IMG/VR virus record: IMGVR_UViG_3300029374_000001
Location: 96,001 to 160,000 of that record
Length of the DNA stretch: 64,000 bases
Origin: a virus
Direction: 5' to 3' (one strand)
In this document: one piece after another, positions 10,548 to 20,836 of the stretch
How the letters are laid out: each line of letters begins with the position of its first letter
Position numbering within the stretch: the stretch's first letter is position 1
Position numbers and translations under genes: made by a program
The notes under the pieces: generated by a model
Told to the model about the DNA's origin: nothing
The model's input: only the letters and a program-made list of their open reading frames with translations
Database searches by the model: none

Positions 10548-11657
10548 TTATTCTGCATTACTTAATTTCTGATACAATTTATCAATACATGTATACAATG
10601 ATTTGAATAATTGTAATCTGGCTCCAGACGCATTCTGTAATCCTCCATAGTTTAGCATATAGAGATTATTATTCAAAGTATAGATAAAGAAGATATCATT
10701 ATAATCTGCAATAGACATAGTCATAGATAGTTTATACAGCATATAGATAAATGCTTTTCCCAGAATATCTTTATATGGAGTATATTTATCTTTCTGAGAT
10801 ATAATCATACGTTCAATATATTCTGGTATATGGTCTGCACAGGTAATGTTATTCTTTTCTTTGCCCGGTTCTAATCTATATCTAATAAATGTATTGATAT
10901 TTTCTAAAGATCTTTTGTATCTGACTTCATTGGTACAATTCTTAACCAATTGGTGGATATTATCAAAATGATCAATAAGATCAATTAATCTGGTTAAGAA
11001 TAAAGTATCTTTATAAGTCATTCTAGTTTCTATTTTCTTATCAGAAGTTAATATTCTTCCTTCATCTTCTGGCATAAGAATATATTCTGATACTTCTTCT
11101 GTATCTTCATTATATCCATACATTTTGTTATTGCTGTCAAAATAATGCTTAGATATCTGATCTGGATATGTTTTCTGTGATACTCTGGATACTTCTTCAT
11201 TGAAACGTTCTTGTTCCATATCCATATACATATTGTATGCTTTATAAATCAATTCTTTTTTAGCAATTTCAATACCAGATTCTTTTTGCTGTGTATTATC
11301 AGAATGAAGCAGATCTACGGTATCTTGTTCTAAATATTTGATATAATTATTAACGTTGAATTCTATTTTAGTGCTAGGATCATCTTCCTTTTCTACAGCC
11401 AATTGCTTTCCTATATTATAGAGGGTAATTTGATCTTCTGTTAATTTTGTTTTATCTTCTTCTGTCAGATCAGGAATATTAAAATTATTCAGATCTTCTT
11501 CAGAAATACTATCCTGAATCAGCTTATCTATTTCTTCATCAGTAGATAATTCTTCTTGTATTTTTTCTTTATCTTTTTCAAACTCTTCAATGAGTTCATC
11601 TAATTTTTCATTATTCTGTTGAATGACTGCTTCTTTTGATTTCTGTACATCATTCAT
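10548..11657 (-). CDS. hypothetical protein with a strongly acidic, coiled-coil-like N-terminal half
   Basis: 369-aa ORF. The first roughly 100 residues are very rich in E/D/K (scaffold-like or DNA-mimic-like). It is the last gene of the minus-strand operon. Confidence 0.5.
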   Translation of the reverse strand: MNDVQKSKEAVIQQNNEKLDELIEEFEKDKEKIQEELSTDEEIDKLIQDSISEEDLNNFNIPDLTEEDKTKLTEDQITLYNIGKQLAVEKEDDPSTKIEFNVNNYIKYLEQDTVDLLHSDNTQQKESGIEIAKKELIYKAYNMYMDMEQERFNEEVSRVSQKTYPDQISKHYFDSNNKMYGYNEDTEEVSEYILMPEDEGRILTSDKKIETRMTYKDTLFLTRLIDLIDHFDNIHQLVKNCTNEVRYKRSLENINTFIRYRLEPGKEKNNITCADHIPEYIERMIISQKDKYTPYKDILGKAFIYMLYKLSMTMSIADYNDIFFIYTLNNNLYMLNYGGLQNASGARLQLFKSLYTCIDKLYQKLSNAE

Positions 11658-11660
11658 AGT

Positions 11661-12455
11661 TTATTCTTCTCCTTTAACATATTGAGGATTGGTGTTATAA
11701 ATAACATTGTTTTTCTGTATTTCCAACTTAATGGCTGTAGAGAGAGAAGGATAAATCAAATCATTTTTAAGCAAAGGTTGTATCAGTACTTCAAATAAGT
11801 TAATATCTGGTTCAATATGCTGCATTAAATAATTCATTTCCATAATTTCTTGTGTAGAAGTATAGATATAAGACAATGTGGTCGCTGTATTAAAATCCAA
11901 TGCCGAAATAAATTTAATACATTGATCCAAATTCGCATTGATGATTGCCAACTGTTGATCTTCATAATGCTCTTTATTATATACTGTACTGATATCTTTA
12001 GACTTCTTTAACTTTGATAAATTTAATGCATTGTAGATATATTCTTTCTGACTGATAATAAAGTTGTATAAGAATCGGAATACATAATTATTATAATTTG
12101 TAATAAACAAATCAAATACAACTGTAGCCAAATAGAAAATATCCGTATCTGCTTCGTAAAAGAATTTAACTCCAGAATTTCTACTAATTCTGGATAAGAT
12201 CTCTTTATATGTATTGAGTCTGCATAACTTAATATTTTCTACATCTCCAGGATATCTATTTAATAAATCCCGGAAACCAATTTCTAATTCAGTAACAAAG
12301 TTATGCTTCGGTATTGTGCTAAATGAGTCAAAACGCTGTCTCATGAGATCGTCTGTTACATCAAATACGAAGTCAGTATTGAAGTTAGATAAAATAGTAG
12401 TGATTTCTCCTCCTGCTTCTAAATAATAAGCTTTATCAATTCCACTTGTTTGCAT
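11661..12455 (-). CDS. hypothetical protein
   Basis: 264-aa ORF separated by 3 nt from the downstream gene, consistent with translational coupling. Confidence 0.5.
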   Translation of the reverse strand: MQTSGIDKAYYLEAGGEITTILSNFNTDFVFDVTDDLMRQRFDSFSTIPKHNFVTELEIGFRDLLNRYPGDVENIKLCRLNTYKEILSRISRNSGVKFFYEADTDIFYLATVVFDLFITNYNNYVFRFLYNFIISQKEYIYNALNLSKLKKSKDISTVYNKEHYEDQQLAIINANLDQCIKFISALDFNTATTLSYIYTSTQEIMEMNYLMQHIEPDINLFEVLIQPLLKNDLIYPSLSTAIKLEIQKNNVIYNTNPQYVKGEE

Positions 12456-12584
12456 ATGTAATTTTCCTCCGGTAGTTTCCTACCTCCCATTATATAGTAG
12501 TACCATATTCAATCAAAAATAAAAAATAAAACAGTGCAGTAAGAGTCATTGAAACGACTCCCACATACTATCTCTTTGGAAGAT

Positions 12585-12610
12585 CACTATGAGTCATATG
12601 ACTCATAGTG
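12585..12610 (-). terminator. hairpin (internal operon terminator or processing site)
   Basis: Perfect palindrome CACTATGAGTCATATGACTCATAGTG immediately after the stop of 12615..13454. Confidence 0.4.
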
Positions 12611-12614
12611 TATT

Positions 12615-13454
12615 CTATCCAAAATATTTACTAGAAAATAATTGATACAATTTAACCAATACTTCATAGTTATATCCAATATCGATACTATAGACATCTT
12701 CTGTTTCCGATACACTCTGTAATCCATATTCTGTGTTCAAATGATGAACAGACAATAAAACTCTATACTTAGAAGAAGCGTTGAATTCTCTATAATACCC
12801 AATGGGCAATTCTCGATTTCTATACTTCTTCATAAAGTCTTTCAATTCAAATAAAACATAAGTGATATCAGAATGCTCTGCCATATATAACAGATTAGAT
12901 AAAAACTTTATCATATATTGATTATGAAGATCTTGATTAGACTTAGAGATTCCTTTGACAACTAAGAAGTCTTCTTCTTTCATAAATCCTATAGACTTCT
13001 TACCATATAATAGAACTAAATTATTTAGTCCTAAATTATAATAAGAGGTATACATATTCTTTAATAAGAATTGTACTTCTCCAAATCTCGTATGAGATAA
13101 ATGCTTATCCAATACAAAGACAGAATCCTTTCTTGTCATTAAAATATTATGAGAATCTATTTGATTAGACTCTATAATATTCTTTCTAGCTTGTAAGAAT
13201 CCATGATCCAATACTTCCAATAACTTCGCTGCACGAGATGATTTTCCCTTTTCTAATAATCTTCCAACCATAATTTCTCTATCTTGCTTGGAAGATTTTA
13301 ATAACAGATTGAAAATTTGATCGGATATTTCTTTGGCTTCATGTAAGATACTAATATTCGCATGCTCTATATCATACTCATAGATATATCTCCCAATAAC
13401 CAAACCAATAGAAGATGTATAGTTGGTATATTCATAGATAGCTTTATCTCCCAT
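12615..13454 (-). CDS. hypothetical protein
   Basis: 279-aa ORF in the minus-strand operon. Confidence 0.5.
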   Translation of the reverse strand: MGDKAIYEYTNYTSSIGLVIGRYIYEYDIEHANISILHEAKEISDQIFNLLLKSSKQDREIMVGRLLEKGKSSRAAKLLEVLDHGFLQARKNIIESNQIDSHNILMTRKDSVFVLDKHLSHTRFGEVQFLLKNMYTSYYNLGLNNLVLLYGKKSIGFMKEEDFLVVKGISKSNQDLHNQYMIKFLSNLLYMAEHSDITYVLFELKDFMKKYRNRELPIGYYREFNASSKYRVLLSVHHLNTEYGLQSVSETEDVYSIDIGYNYEVLVKLYQLFSSKYFG

Positions 13455-13968
13455 TGGACATATCCTCTATTTCATCCATATTGTTCACAATCATTTGCGG
13501 ATCCATCGTTTCCATAATATACCATCTCTTATCTGCATAAAAGATCGGATAATACATAGCTGGCAATTCATCATGAACTTTTGTATTCACTAAATCATCC
13601 ACATCGTATACAATAGTACATCTATAGCCATATCGGCTATAGATGTAAGCGATTATACATTCTACGACATTCGATGCAAATGTATTCTGAAGATCGGTTA
13701 ATATAACTACATCTGGATTATAGTAATTATCCATCATGATATCCATAATTGCCATATGAGCACCATATGTATTCATATATCCCATATAAGATCTTCTGAA
13801 TTGTTCCATATCTTGCTCAATATAAAATTTTTGTATATCTGGTGGAGGTAATATATCCGAGTCTATTGATGATCCTATGGAGATTGTTGATAAGAAAGAC
13901 CTATAGAAATACTTATCTGTATTATCTCTCACATACCTCCACAATGATTGATCTGCAAAATATATCAT
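13444..13968 (-). CDS. hypothetical protein
   Basis: 174-aa ORF. It overlaps its neighbours by 11 nt and 4 nt, consistent with coupling. Confidence 0.5.
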   Translation of the reverse strand: MIYFADQSLWRYVRDNTDKYFYRSFLSTISIGSSIDSDILPPPDIQKFYIEQDMEQFRRSYMGYMNTYGAHMAIMDIMMDNYYNPDVVILTDLQNTFASNVVECIIAYIYSRYGYRCTIVYDVDDLVNTKVHDELPAMYYPIFYADKRWYIMETMDPQMIVNNMDEIEDMSNGR

Positions 13969-14834
13969 TTCTTTTGTTCTCCCATTTGTACAAATGGCGA
14001 TTTCAATTCTTGATTATTCTGTTGTTGTTCTCGTTTACGGAAAGCAATATCTCTTGCTTTCTTAATATAAACAGCCATAGCCTGCGCTACATGTTCCGGA
14101 GCAATATTGATATAAGATGGGAAGTTTAATAATCCTCGAATAATATCGTCGTTCATATTTCCTTCCCTATAGATTTTATCAATCGTAAATTGACTGGGCA
14201 TAAGACCATCCGGATAATTCATAACAAATATATCAAATGGTGCATTACCCATATCATACATCAATTCGATCATCGCTCCCAATTGATATACGGTTGGCAT
14301 AGGCAATCCAGATTGTGGAATACTGATTTGTCCTATACGTAATCCATAATTGGATTGGATATATCCGAACAATACCCGACTAAAATCAAAACTGATTTCT
14401 TCATCTGGTGGAATAAAGAATAACAAATGTTTCCCATAAAATACAGCAGCTAAGATAGCCGATAGATTCTGAGCTACTACATAATCTGCATACAAATATT
14501 GATTATAGATATTTTCTGCATCTAATAATCTTCCATCTATATATGCACTGACAGAATCAAATGGTGGTAATAATACCGACATAAAAGATACCCTGTCAGG
14601 AAGTCTGTAATTTCCTGTACTGGGATCCATAATCTCATATCTTCTTCGATCATCGTCTATAATGATAATATTAAAATTAGGATTTGCTTGAGCCATATAC
14701 AGCTCTTCATAATTAGAGGTAAAGTATGTAGCTCCCCACATAGACATTCCTCTCCTTTCATAATAATCATATTTAACACTCATCATTATAATATATAACA
14801 AAAAAGAAATTTGAGGATGGTTTAATATCCTCAA
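13965..14834 (-). CDS. hypothetical protein
   Basis: 289-aa ORF with an ATGA overlap with the downstream gene. Confidence 0.5.
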   Translation of the reverse strand: MRILNHPQISFLLYIIMMSVKYDYYERRGMSMWGATYFTSNYEELYMAQANPNFNIIIIDDDRRRYEIMDPSTGNYRLPDRVSFMSVLLPPFDSVSAYIDGRLLDAENIYNQYLYADYVVAQNLSAILAAVFYGKHLLFFIPPDEEISFDFSRVLFGYIQSNYGLRIGQISIPQSGLPMPTVYQLGAMIELMYDMGNAPFDIFVMNYPDGLMPSQFTIDKIYREGNMNDDIIRGLLNFPSYINIAPEHVAQAMAVYIKKARDIAFRKREQQQNNQELKSPFVQMGEQKK

Positions 14835-14848
14835 ATTTCTCTTACTGT

Positions 14849-16555
14849 TTAGAACTCAGTGGACTTAGGTTTACTCTTAGTAGCAATAATATCTTGAGCC
14901 ATATCTGCTACAATCGGAGCTCCCAGGGTATTTGGATTATCAAAGGAAACTTTGCTGATATCTACAGTCTCTTGTTCATCAGGATTTTTGACAGGAATGT
15001 CTTCTCCCTCATGAGCCTGCGGATTCCATTCTTCTGAATTGGCAATATCTAATAAAGCATTTGCCAGCTCATCATTTCCTTTTTCAACGTCTTCTTTCTT
15101 TTCTTTTTTCTCAAATTCCTGAGATTTCTTAAGCTCTGCAAAGTAAGATCTGACTGCTTTCTGGAAAGTTCCATACATGGCATCTTCATTTACTTGCGGG
15201 AATGCTTTACTGATATACATATTAGTTATGTATGATCTCAGTTCATAGACGAACACTTTTCCATTAGGAACTTCAAACTCTTCGTCAATCTTGCGATCAT
15301 ACTGAATCTTATCGGCTGCAGGAAGCTTTCTTCTTTCGGAAGTCGGATTGCAAATAACCTTGATATCAATATAATCTGTCCAGTGATCTTGCATATATTC
15401 CGCAATATATTCTTCCATCATAATCGGAATACGGAAGGGATCAAAATTGAGTTCATTCCCAAGCTGCATCATAATGGGTTTCAGACGATCATCGATCAAT
15501 CTGAAATGTCTGAATCCTGGATTGCTTTCCAGCTTTGTATTGGGATTAGGAGATATACTCTTACGAGTTGGTGTTCTGCTATCTCCCATATACATACGAG
15601 GTGCCGGATTGTTTATAGGCTTTGGCTTTTCAGTTTTTACTCGTTCAATGATTTCTTCTTTGGCCACATAGTCTACCGATGCATTCGGACTAATAGGTCT
15701 GGTGTACTTCTTGTTACCGATGCTTACTTCTACAACGATTTCATCTCTGTTTTTTCTCATGACGCTTTTACCTCTCCTCTTAAATTTAAATACTTCAATA
15801 TGAGTGCCAACATCTTTTGCCGCATATCTCTGACCACATTTCTCACAATGTATGAAATTGAAACCATCTTCATAGACCAATTTACCATCACAAGGTTTGT
15901 GATCTTGTGTATACTTAATACAACGCATGCGACTCTTATTGATTCTATATAAATACGGATAATCCAATAGAACTGGGCCAAAGTTATGCCTCACTCCCCA
16001 ATTCATAAAGAAATCCGTACCAATATCTTCTAATACAAAACCCTTATTGACTAAATACGTAATTGTGTCATAAATCATAGATGCATTCTTGAGAAAGTCT
16101 TCCCTATTCATAATCGGTTTGACTCTCTCCGATAATGCAATCGTTCCACATGGTGTAACGTCGAATGTTTTAGGAACATACGGTCGTAAATACTTCTGAT
16201 TCTTGAATTCATCCAGATTATCCTTAATACCTACGCTATCAAGTCCAATCTTCAATAGAAAACTCGGATCATCTTTATGCGTATATATAACCCTATTTGT
16301 TCCTGCATACGATCGAATGAATCCTCTTGGATTCATAATCTGATCATAGATTGCCATACGTTCTTCAGCGGTTCCCTCACTATATGGAGGATATGTAGCT
16401 AACCGCCATAGAATATACTTATCTTCTTTAGTCAGATATGTATCGATGGGTGTATGTTTCATCTGCAGAAAGATCTGCAGATACGGATTGTTATATCCTA
16501 TACCAGAATCTTCAGCATAGGATATAACGGACGCAGACTTTCTTGTTTCCATCAT
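14849..16555 (-). CDS. hypothetical protein with an internal zinc-ribbon (C..C...HCEKCG) and a Lys/Glu-rich C-terminus
   Basis: 568-aa ORF containing PCDGKLVYEDGFNFIHCEKCGQRY, a likely four-ligand Zn ribbon. It has a 4-nt overlap with the upstream gene. Confidence 0.5.
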   Translation of the reverse strand: MMETRKSASVISYAEDSGIGYNNPYLQIFLQMKHTPIDTYLTKEDKYILWRLATYPPYSEGTAEERMAIYDQIMNPRGFIRSYAGTNRVIYTHKDDPSFLLKIGLDSVGIKDNLDEFKNQKYLRPYVPKTFDVTPCGTIALSERVKPIMNREDFLKNASMIYDTITYLVNKGFVLEDIGTDFFMNWGVRHNFGPVLLDYPYLYRINKSRMRCIKYTQDHKPCDGKLVYEDGFNFIHCEKCGQRYAAKDVGTHIEVFKFKRRGKSVMRKNRDEIVVEVSIGNKKYTRPISPNASVDYVAKEEIIERVKTEKPKPINNPAPRMYMGDSRTPTRKSISPNPNTKLESNPGFRHFRLIDDRLKPIMMQLGNELNFDPFRIPIMMEEYIAEYMQDHWTDYIDIKVICNPTSERRKLPAADKIQYDRKIDEEFEVPNGKVFVYELRSYITNMYISKAFPQVNEDAMYGTFQKAVRSYFAELKKSQEFEKKEKKEDVEKGNDELANALLDIANSEEWNPQAHEGEDIPVKNPDEQETVDISKVSFDNPNTLGAPIVADMAQDIIATKSKPKSTEF

Positions 16556-19155
16556 AGTATGGTCGGCCTCCTTACCCGTTTAAAGATCCTATCAATAAAC
16601 TTTTGTCTTCTTTCCTGTGTTTCATCATCAGGACATAGAATACCAGGTTCATTATAAGGATCGTCGGGATCGGATGGATTATACCATATCTCTGCTGCCG
16701 CAGGATCTAATCCATTAAACTTAACCGAATTCTTTCTACGATATTCCCAACCTGCTTTATATAAATCACTATTCGCATATGATGTATCCGGAGCACATTC
16801 GATATTAATCGGATCTTTTCTGATTTCATCATAATCTCTCATAGAATTTATATAACAAGCCAAGTCGAGTTTCTGCTGAGAAGTCAAATCTGGTCTGGAA
16901 ATAGCTCCTCCTGTGATTTGATTCATCCATGCATAATGATTAGCCATTGTTCTTTCTAGTACTTGCTGTCTGGTTAGAGTACTTGCAAAGAACTGATTAG
17001 TTTTGATCTCAGCCAATCTCGCCATACGATTAACATAAGCTGTCTCATAATCTTCTTCTTCCATATGGTTATGGCTTCCAAATGGAGAATTCCACCAATT
17101 AAAGAAAATTTCTTCGACTTCATTTAAATGATACTTCTGTCTAAAGAAACTCTTATAAATACAATAGTCCGCTAGACGAATCTGATTCTTCTCGTCTAAC
17201 CGACCAACCATCTTATTGATCAATCCATGAAGTTCATCATCTTTTCTTGGAATGATCTCTAAGTTATACAGATCTTTCAGATAAGCAATCTGTTCTTTCC
17301 CAGTCTTATCGAAAGGTATATGAGAGTAAACCTTCTTACAGCATTCTGGCAAAGTATCTATGACTTTATCCAAGACTCCTTTGATTTCTCCAGGAGCTGC
17401 TGGCTTAGGAACAGCCACAATCGTATGATTGGTATTATTGAACACAGTTGATTTATAGATTGCTAATGGATCAGCTTCTCTATACTGGAACAATTGAATC
17501 ATGCATTCTTCTTGTAGTACTTCCCAAGTTTTCAGATCCAATACATCTCTAAGATATCCAACAACATCAGCTACATATGTATTATATCTGGACAATTCTG
17601 TAGACAGATTAAAAGTATCATCCTTTTCAATCTGCTTTACACAATTCATAACCATATTTACATATTCTCCATCAGGTGTATTTCCCTGTGGAGGCAGTGA
17701 TGTCTTTTCCAATCGGTAATGAATCTCTTGGTGATCAAGATATCTTCCCAATTTGGAATCATAAATAGAATAGTGAGTATATCCATCATCATCCGTTTTG
17801 CTACGGATGAGTTCGTAATCTACTCCATCTTTCAAGATGTCTCGTCTCTTTGGTCTACGTGATTTTCTAAATTCATAATCCTTCTTCTTAAGCTCTTCTG
17901 CTTTATTCCACTCTTCTTCATTATGGCAGACATAAACAACAGGAAGCTCTCGACGTCGGATTTCTCTCTTTGTTGGATTCAGATATCTGGATCCATCATC
18001 ATAATATGTAGTTGGCAGACCATATCGATCAGGAACTCCTCCCATACCACTATATCCATAGCCTGGAATATATTCTGGCATAGCAGGCATACCCATTTGT
18101 CGATAATAGTCTTGATAATTACTTGCCCCATACACTCCCAGAATACTGCTGTTTCTTTGTTGTTCAGCAATCTCCTGTGGAGTGACTTCTCTATAATTTG
18201 TCTCTTTATTAAATGGACGACCCATCATAGCATCTCTTTGTACTTGATAGAGTCGTTGATTGTTCGCTAGTGCGGACTGAGTCTCATCTACTTCAAATAT
18301 GCTGTTTTGTAATCTATTCAGTTTTCTTGCATTGGTTCCAGGAGTGACTTCAGATTGTCTGCGTCTTTGTCTTTCTTCCATACTTCTTAGATTTCGACGT
18401 TCTTCTCTGTCTCTCTCCTGATATAGAATCTCTCTTTCTTGGTCTGATAGAAGATTTCCCTCAGAGTCTACCATACCCAAGTTCATAAGAGTTTCTAATT
18501 GTAACGGATCGAAGCGACCTTTAGCATCTTTGATCTTTTGTTCACGAACACGAGCGATTCTATCCAGTTCTTTTTCTCCTGCTTTATCTCGCTCATATTT
18601 CTGGTCATCATGTTCTTCCCCAGATATTTCATCTTTAACTCCGATATATTCGGACTTAGGACGAACATATTTCTCCCAATAAGGAGCTGCCATTGTGACC
18701 GGATCATTGATTTCTTTAGTAATCCCAGTATTCACTTTGGTAATCCATTCCCTAAATTTTGGATTCTCAAACTGAATACCCATTGGTCCTCTTTGTTGTA
18801 TATACTGAAGTCCTGGAGTATAATATCTTGCATTACGATTCATATTCCATGCGACTTCATATGGATCATATGGTTTTGGTCTAATCTTGCTTCCGTACCC
18901 TGTGTTTTCCCTATTTTTACGCAATATTCTTTTTTGTGCAATTGTATCATTCGGATGAATGGTTTCAAATGTCAAAGGAGATTTATCTGCTGCTAAATGA
19001 GCATACAAATCATCTTCTTCTTTTTGATAGATTTCTTGCAATTCATAGTTAGCTTGCTCAAAATCATATAAGTTTGTACTTGGTGTATGAAGTTGTTTAC
19101 GTTCTTTTACAATACGCTCAGGTACTGCATTCATTAACATTTCTGCAAAATCCAA
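16552..19155 (-). CDS. large hypothetical protein (867 aa), with a central region rich in charged residues
   Basis: Long ORF with no Walker A or other diagnostic motif. It follows the RNase H gene in the operon. Confidence 0.5.
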   Translation of the reverse strand: MDFAEMLMNAVPERIVKERKQLHTPSTNLYDFEQANYELQEIYQKEEDDLYAHLAADKSPLTFETIHPNDTIAQKRILRKNRENTGYGSKIRPKPYDPYEVAWNMNRNARYYTPGLQYIQQRGPMGIQFENPKFREWITKVNTGITKEINDPVTMAAPYWEKYVRPKSEYIGVKDEISGEEHDDQKYERDKAGEKELDRIARVREQKIKDAKGRFDPLQLETLMNLGMVDSEGNLLSDQEREILYQERDREERRNLRSMEERQRRRQSEVTPGTNARKLNRLQNSIFEVDETQSALANNQRLYQVQRDAMMGRPFNKETNYREVTPQEIAEQQRNSSILGVYGASNYQDYYRQMGMPAMPEYIPGYGYSGMGGVPDRYGLPTTYYDDGSRYLNPTKREIRRRELPVVYVCHNEEEWNKAEELKKKDYEFRKSRRPKRRDILKDGVDYELIRSKTDDDGYTHYSIYDSKLGRYLDHQEIHYRLEKTSLPPQGNTPDGEYVNMVMNCVKQIEKDDTFNLSTELSRYNTYVADVVGYLRDVLDLKTWEVLQEECMIQLFQYREADPLAIYKSTVFNNTNHTIVAVPKPAAPGEIKGVLDKVIDTLPECCKKVYSHIPFDKTGKEQIAYLKDLYNLEIIPRKDDELHGLINKMVGRLDEKNQIRLADYCIYKSFFRQKYHLNEVEEIFFNWWNSPFGSHNHMEEEDYETAYVNRMARLAEIKTNQFFASTLTRQQVLERTMANHYAWMNQITGGAISRPDLTSQQKLDLACYINSMRDYDEIRKDPINIECAPDTSYANSDLYKAGWEYRRKNSVKFNGLDPAAAEIWYNPSDPDDPYNEPGILCPDDETQERRQKFIDRIFKRVRRPTIL

Positions 19156-19184
19156 GTTTATTCCCCCTCACGATTTTACAATTC

Positions 19185-19907
19185 TTAGTCTTTGTTGATG
19201 AGCCGTGCATACTTACACATCACATCACTGGTTAAGAATCCCATGAATTGAAAATTTAAATGCGCATATTTCTCTTTGTCAAACTTTAGGCTGTCAAAGA
19301 CAACCTTTTTCAAATTATCCCTCGTCATATTATCGACAAACGTATTATAGTATGCCAGATAACATGCTATTTTCTGATCAATTGTACAATGGTTAATAAT
19401 ACTGAACTTATTAATCATATGAGTCAATTCTTTCGGTCTGCTCATATGAACATGAGCTTTGGTATGATATAGATTAATCGGAAGATCATTATCTACGATC
19501 ATACGCACAGCCGTTACAAACAGTTCTTTGTTAAGTATACCTTGGTTGGAGAATATCTTCACTTCACTATAGAATGATTGCGTCGAATTATTACTCCACC
19601 AATTGAATATCCACTTTCTTAATCCCAATATAGAAATCTCAGAATCTGAGAACAAATTGATTTGTGGCATATCCATGTTTTTCAAATTAAGCTGTCTCTT
19701 AATTTCAATAAGTGCACCCAGTGCCATAATAATAGCATACATTTCTCCGTAGTTTGAAGTTGTGTTATAGAAAATTCTATTGACAGATTTGATAATTTTA
19801 TTTTTATATACTATTGCATATCCTGGGGAACTTACTGTTCGATTATCGCTCTTTGTTGTACTGGCGTCAGTAAATACATCGAGCGAACCATCTAAGTTAA
19901 GTTCCAT
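19185..19907 (-). CDS. rnhA: RNase HI-like ribonuclease
   Basis: 240-aa ORF. It has the motifs VFTDAS...GYAIVY (the DxS/T carboxylate strand), a mid D/E (NLFSDSE) and a C-terminal HTKAHVH...D, which together match the RNase H fold catalytic layout. The SD AAAGGAGAA lies upstream. Confidence 0.55.
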   Translation of the reverse strand: MELNLDGSLDVFTDASTTKSDNRTVSSPGYAIVYKNKIIKSVNRIFYNTTSNYGEMYAIIMALGALIEIKRQLNLKNMDMPQINLFSDSEISILGLRKWIFNWWSNNSTQSFYSEVKIFSNQGILNKELFVTAVRMIVDNDLPINLYHTKAHVHMSRPKELTHMINKFSIINHCTIDQKIACYLAYYNTFVDNMTRDNLKKVVFDSLKFDKEKYAHLNFQFMGFLTSDVMCKYARLINKD

Positions 19908-19912
19908 TTACA

Positions 19913-20287
19913 TTATTTCTCCTTTCCTTCCTCTCTGGATAATAATATATCTTTATAGGTGGATTTATCCAGGTCTTCTTTCTTTAAAATATCTCCAAAC
20001 GCGTTCATCAATAGCGTTTGGTTGCTTTGTATTGCTACAAAATCATCCTCAGACATTGTAGCTAATTGATTTTTTATTAATGCGCTCATAATCATCAAAA
20101 ATTCATTAACGTCGTGAATAGAATGGAAGTAGCCGCCATAAGCAGCTACTTCATTTAAATCTATTTTATTATCTTTAACGTTTTCTTGATTCTTGATGAA
20201 AATAGCAGCTCGTAACTTAGGATTACAATCTTTGCATGTTTTCATAATTTCCATAGCAATAGATCCTAATAAAGCTCTATTTTTCAT
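19913..20287 (-). CDS. hypothetical protein
   Basis: The ORF track gives 19913..20326. I prefer the internal ATG at 20287 (MKNRALLG...) because it is preceded by AAAGGAGAAGATTAT, whereas the first ATG has no SD and overlaps the upstream gene. Confidence 0.45.
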   Translation of the reverse strand: MKNRALLGSIAMEIMKTCKDCNPKLRAAIFIKNQENVKDNKIDLNEVAAYGGYFHSIHDVNEFLMIMSALIKNQLATMSEDDFVAIQSNQTLLMNAFGDILKKEDLDKSTYKDILLSREEGKEK

Positions 20288-20300
20288 ATAATCTTCTCCT

Positions 20301-20486
20301 TTATATGGTCTCTTCTTTTTTACCATAATAATACTGCACCCATAGATACTGTTCTAAGGGCCATTTTTTAATTTTCTTTATTTTATTATATTTTTGCATA
20401 ATCTCGTTAGTAATTCTAAAATTTACAGTTTCTCCTGTTTTTGAATTAGTCAGAGTGAGCTCCTTTAAGAGTTTGTCTTTCTTCAT
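20301..20486 (-). CDS. small hypothetical protein (61 aa), first gene downstream of the operon promoter
   Basis: ORF with a weak SD (AAAGGATG). A promoter lies at 20537..20565. Confidence 0.4.
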   Translation of the reverse strand: MKKDKLLKELTLTNSKTGETVNFRITNEIMQKYNKIKKIKKWPLEQYLWVQYYYGKKEETI

Positions 20487-20536
20487 TCAATAATACATCC
20501 TTTCTTGTAATAAATTTTCATGAATTACTCATTATT

Positions 20537-20565
20537 ATAATATCTAATTAAAATTCAATTTGCAA
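20537..20565 (-). promoter_or_regulatory. sigma70-like promoter for the minus-strand operon (TTGCAA, 17 bp, TATTAT)
   Basis: Read on the minus strand: TTGCAAattgaattttaattagaTATTAT, about 45 nt upstream of the 20486 start. Confidence 0.45.
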
Positions 20566-20573
20566 AAGCATTG

Positions 20574-20597
20574 CCCATGAGCTATATAGCTCATGGG
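20574..20597 (-). terminator. hairpin terminator (CCCATGAGC..GCTCATGGG)
   Basis: Perfect palindrome CCCATGAGCTATATAGCTCATGGG, lying between the upstream minus gene and the operon promoter. Confidence 0.5.
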
Positions 20598-20621
20598 ATA
20601 CTTTTTAAGGAGTTAAAAAAA

Positions 20622-20732
20622 ATGACGAGGTTTTGCATGAAAATGAAAAAGTGTAAGGAGAGAATTAAGTTGATTGATATATACAATAGAATTCGATCAA
20701 AAGAATATAATAGACAACGGGAAGCAAGCTAG
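20622..20732 (+). CDS. possible small basic protein (36 aa)
   Basis: ATG 9 nt after TAAGGAG. It reads MTRFCMKMKKCKERIKLIDIYNRIRSKEYNRQREAS. It is the only plus-strand ORF in this interval, so confidence is low. Confidence 0.25.
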   Translation: MTRFCMKMKKCKERIKLIDIYNRIRSKEYNRQREAS

Positions 20733-20836
20733 GGAATCGCTTGAATTTAGATTATAGTTCTTTTGTTCTATGTATATATCAATCCTGAGCATATAAAACG
20801 TGTGAGGGAGGATTATATGCATCACTATAATGTTAT

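Noticed and set aside
15383-15952. 189-aa plus-strand ORF antisense to the 568-aa gene
   Set aside because: It lies entirely inside a longer, coupled minus-strand gene. It has no SD and an odd composition.
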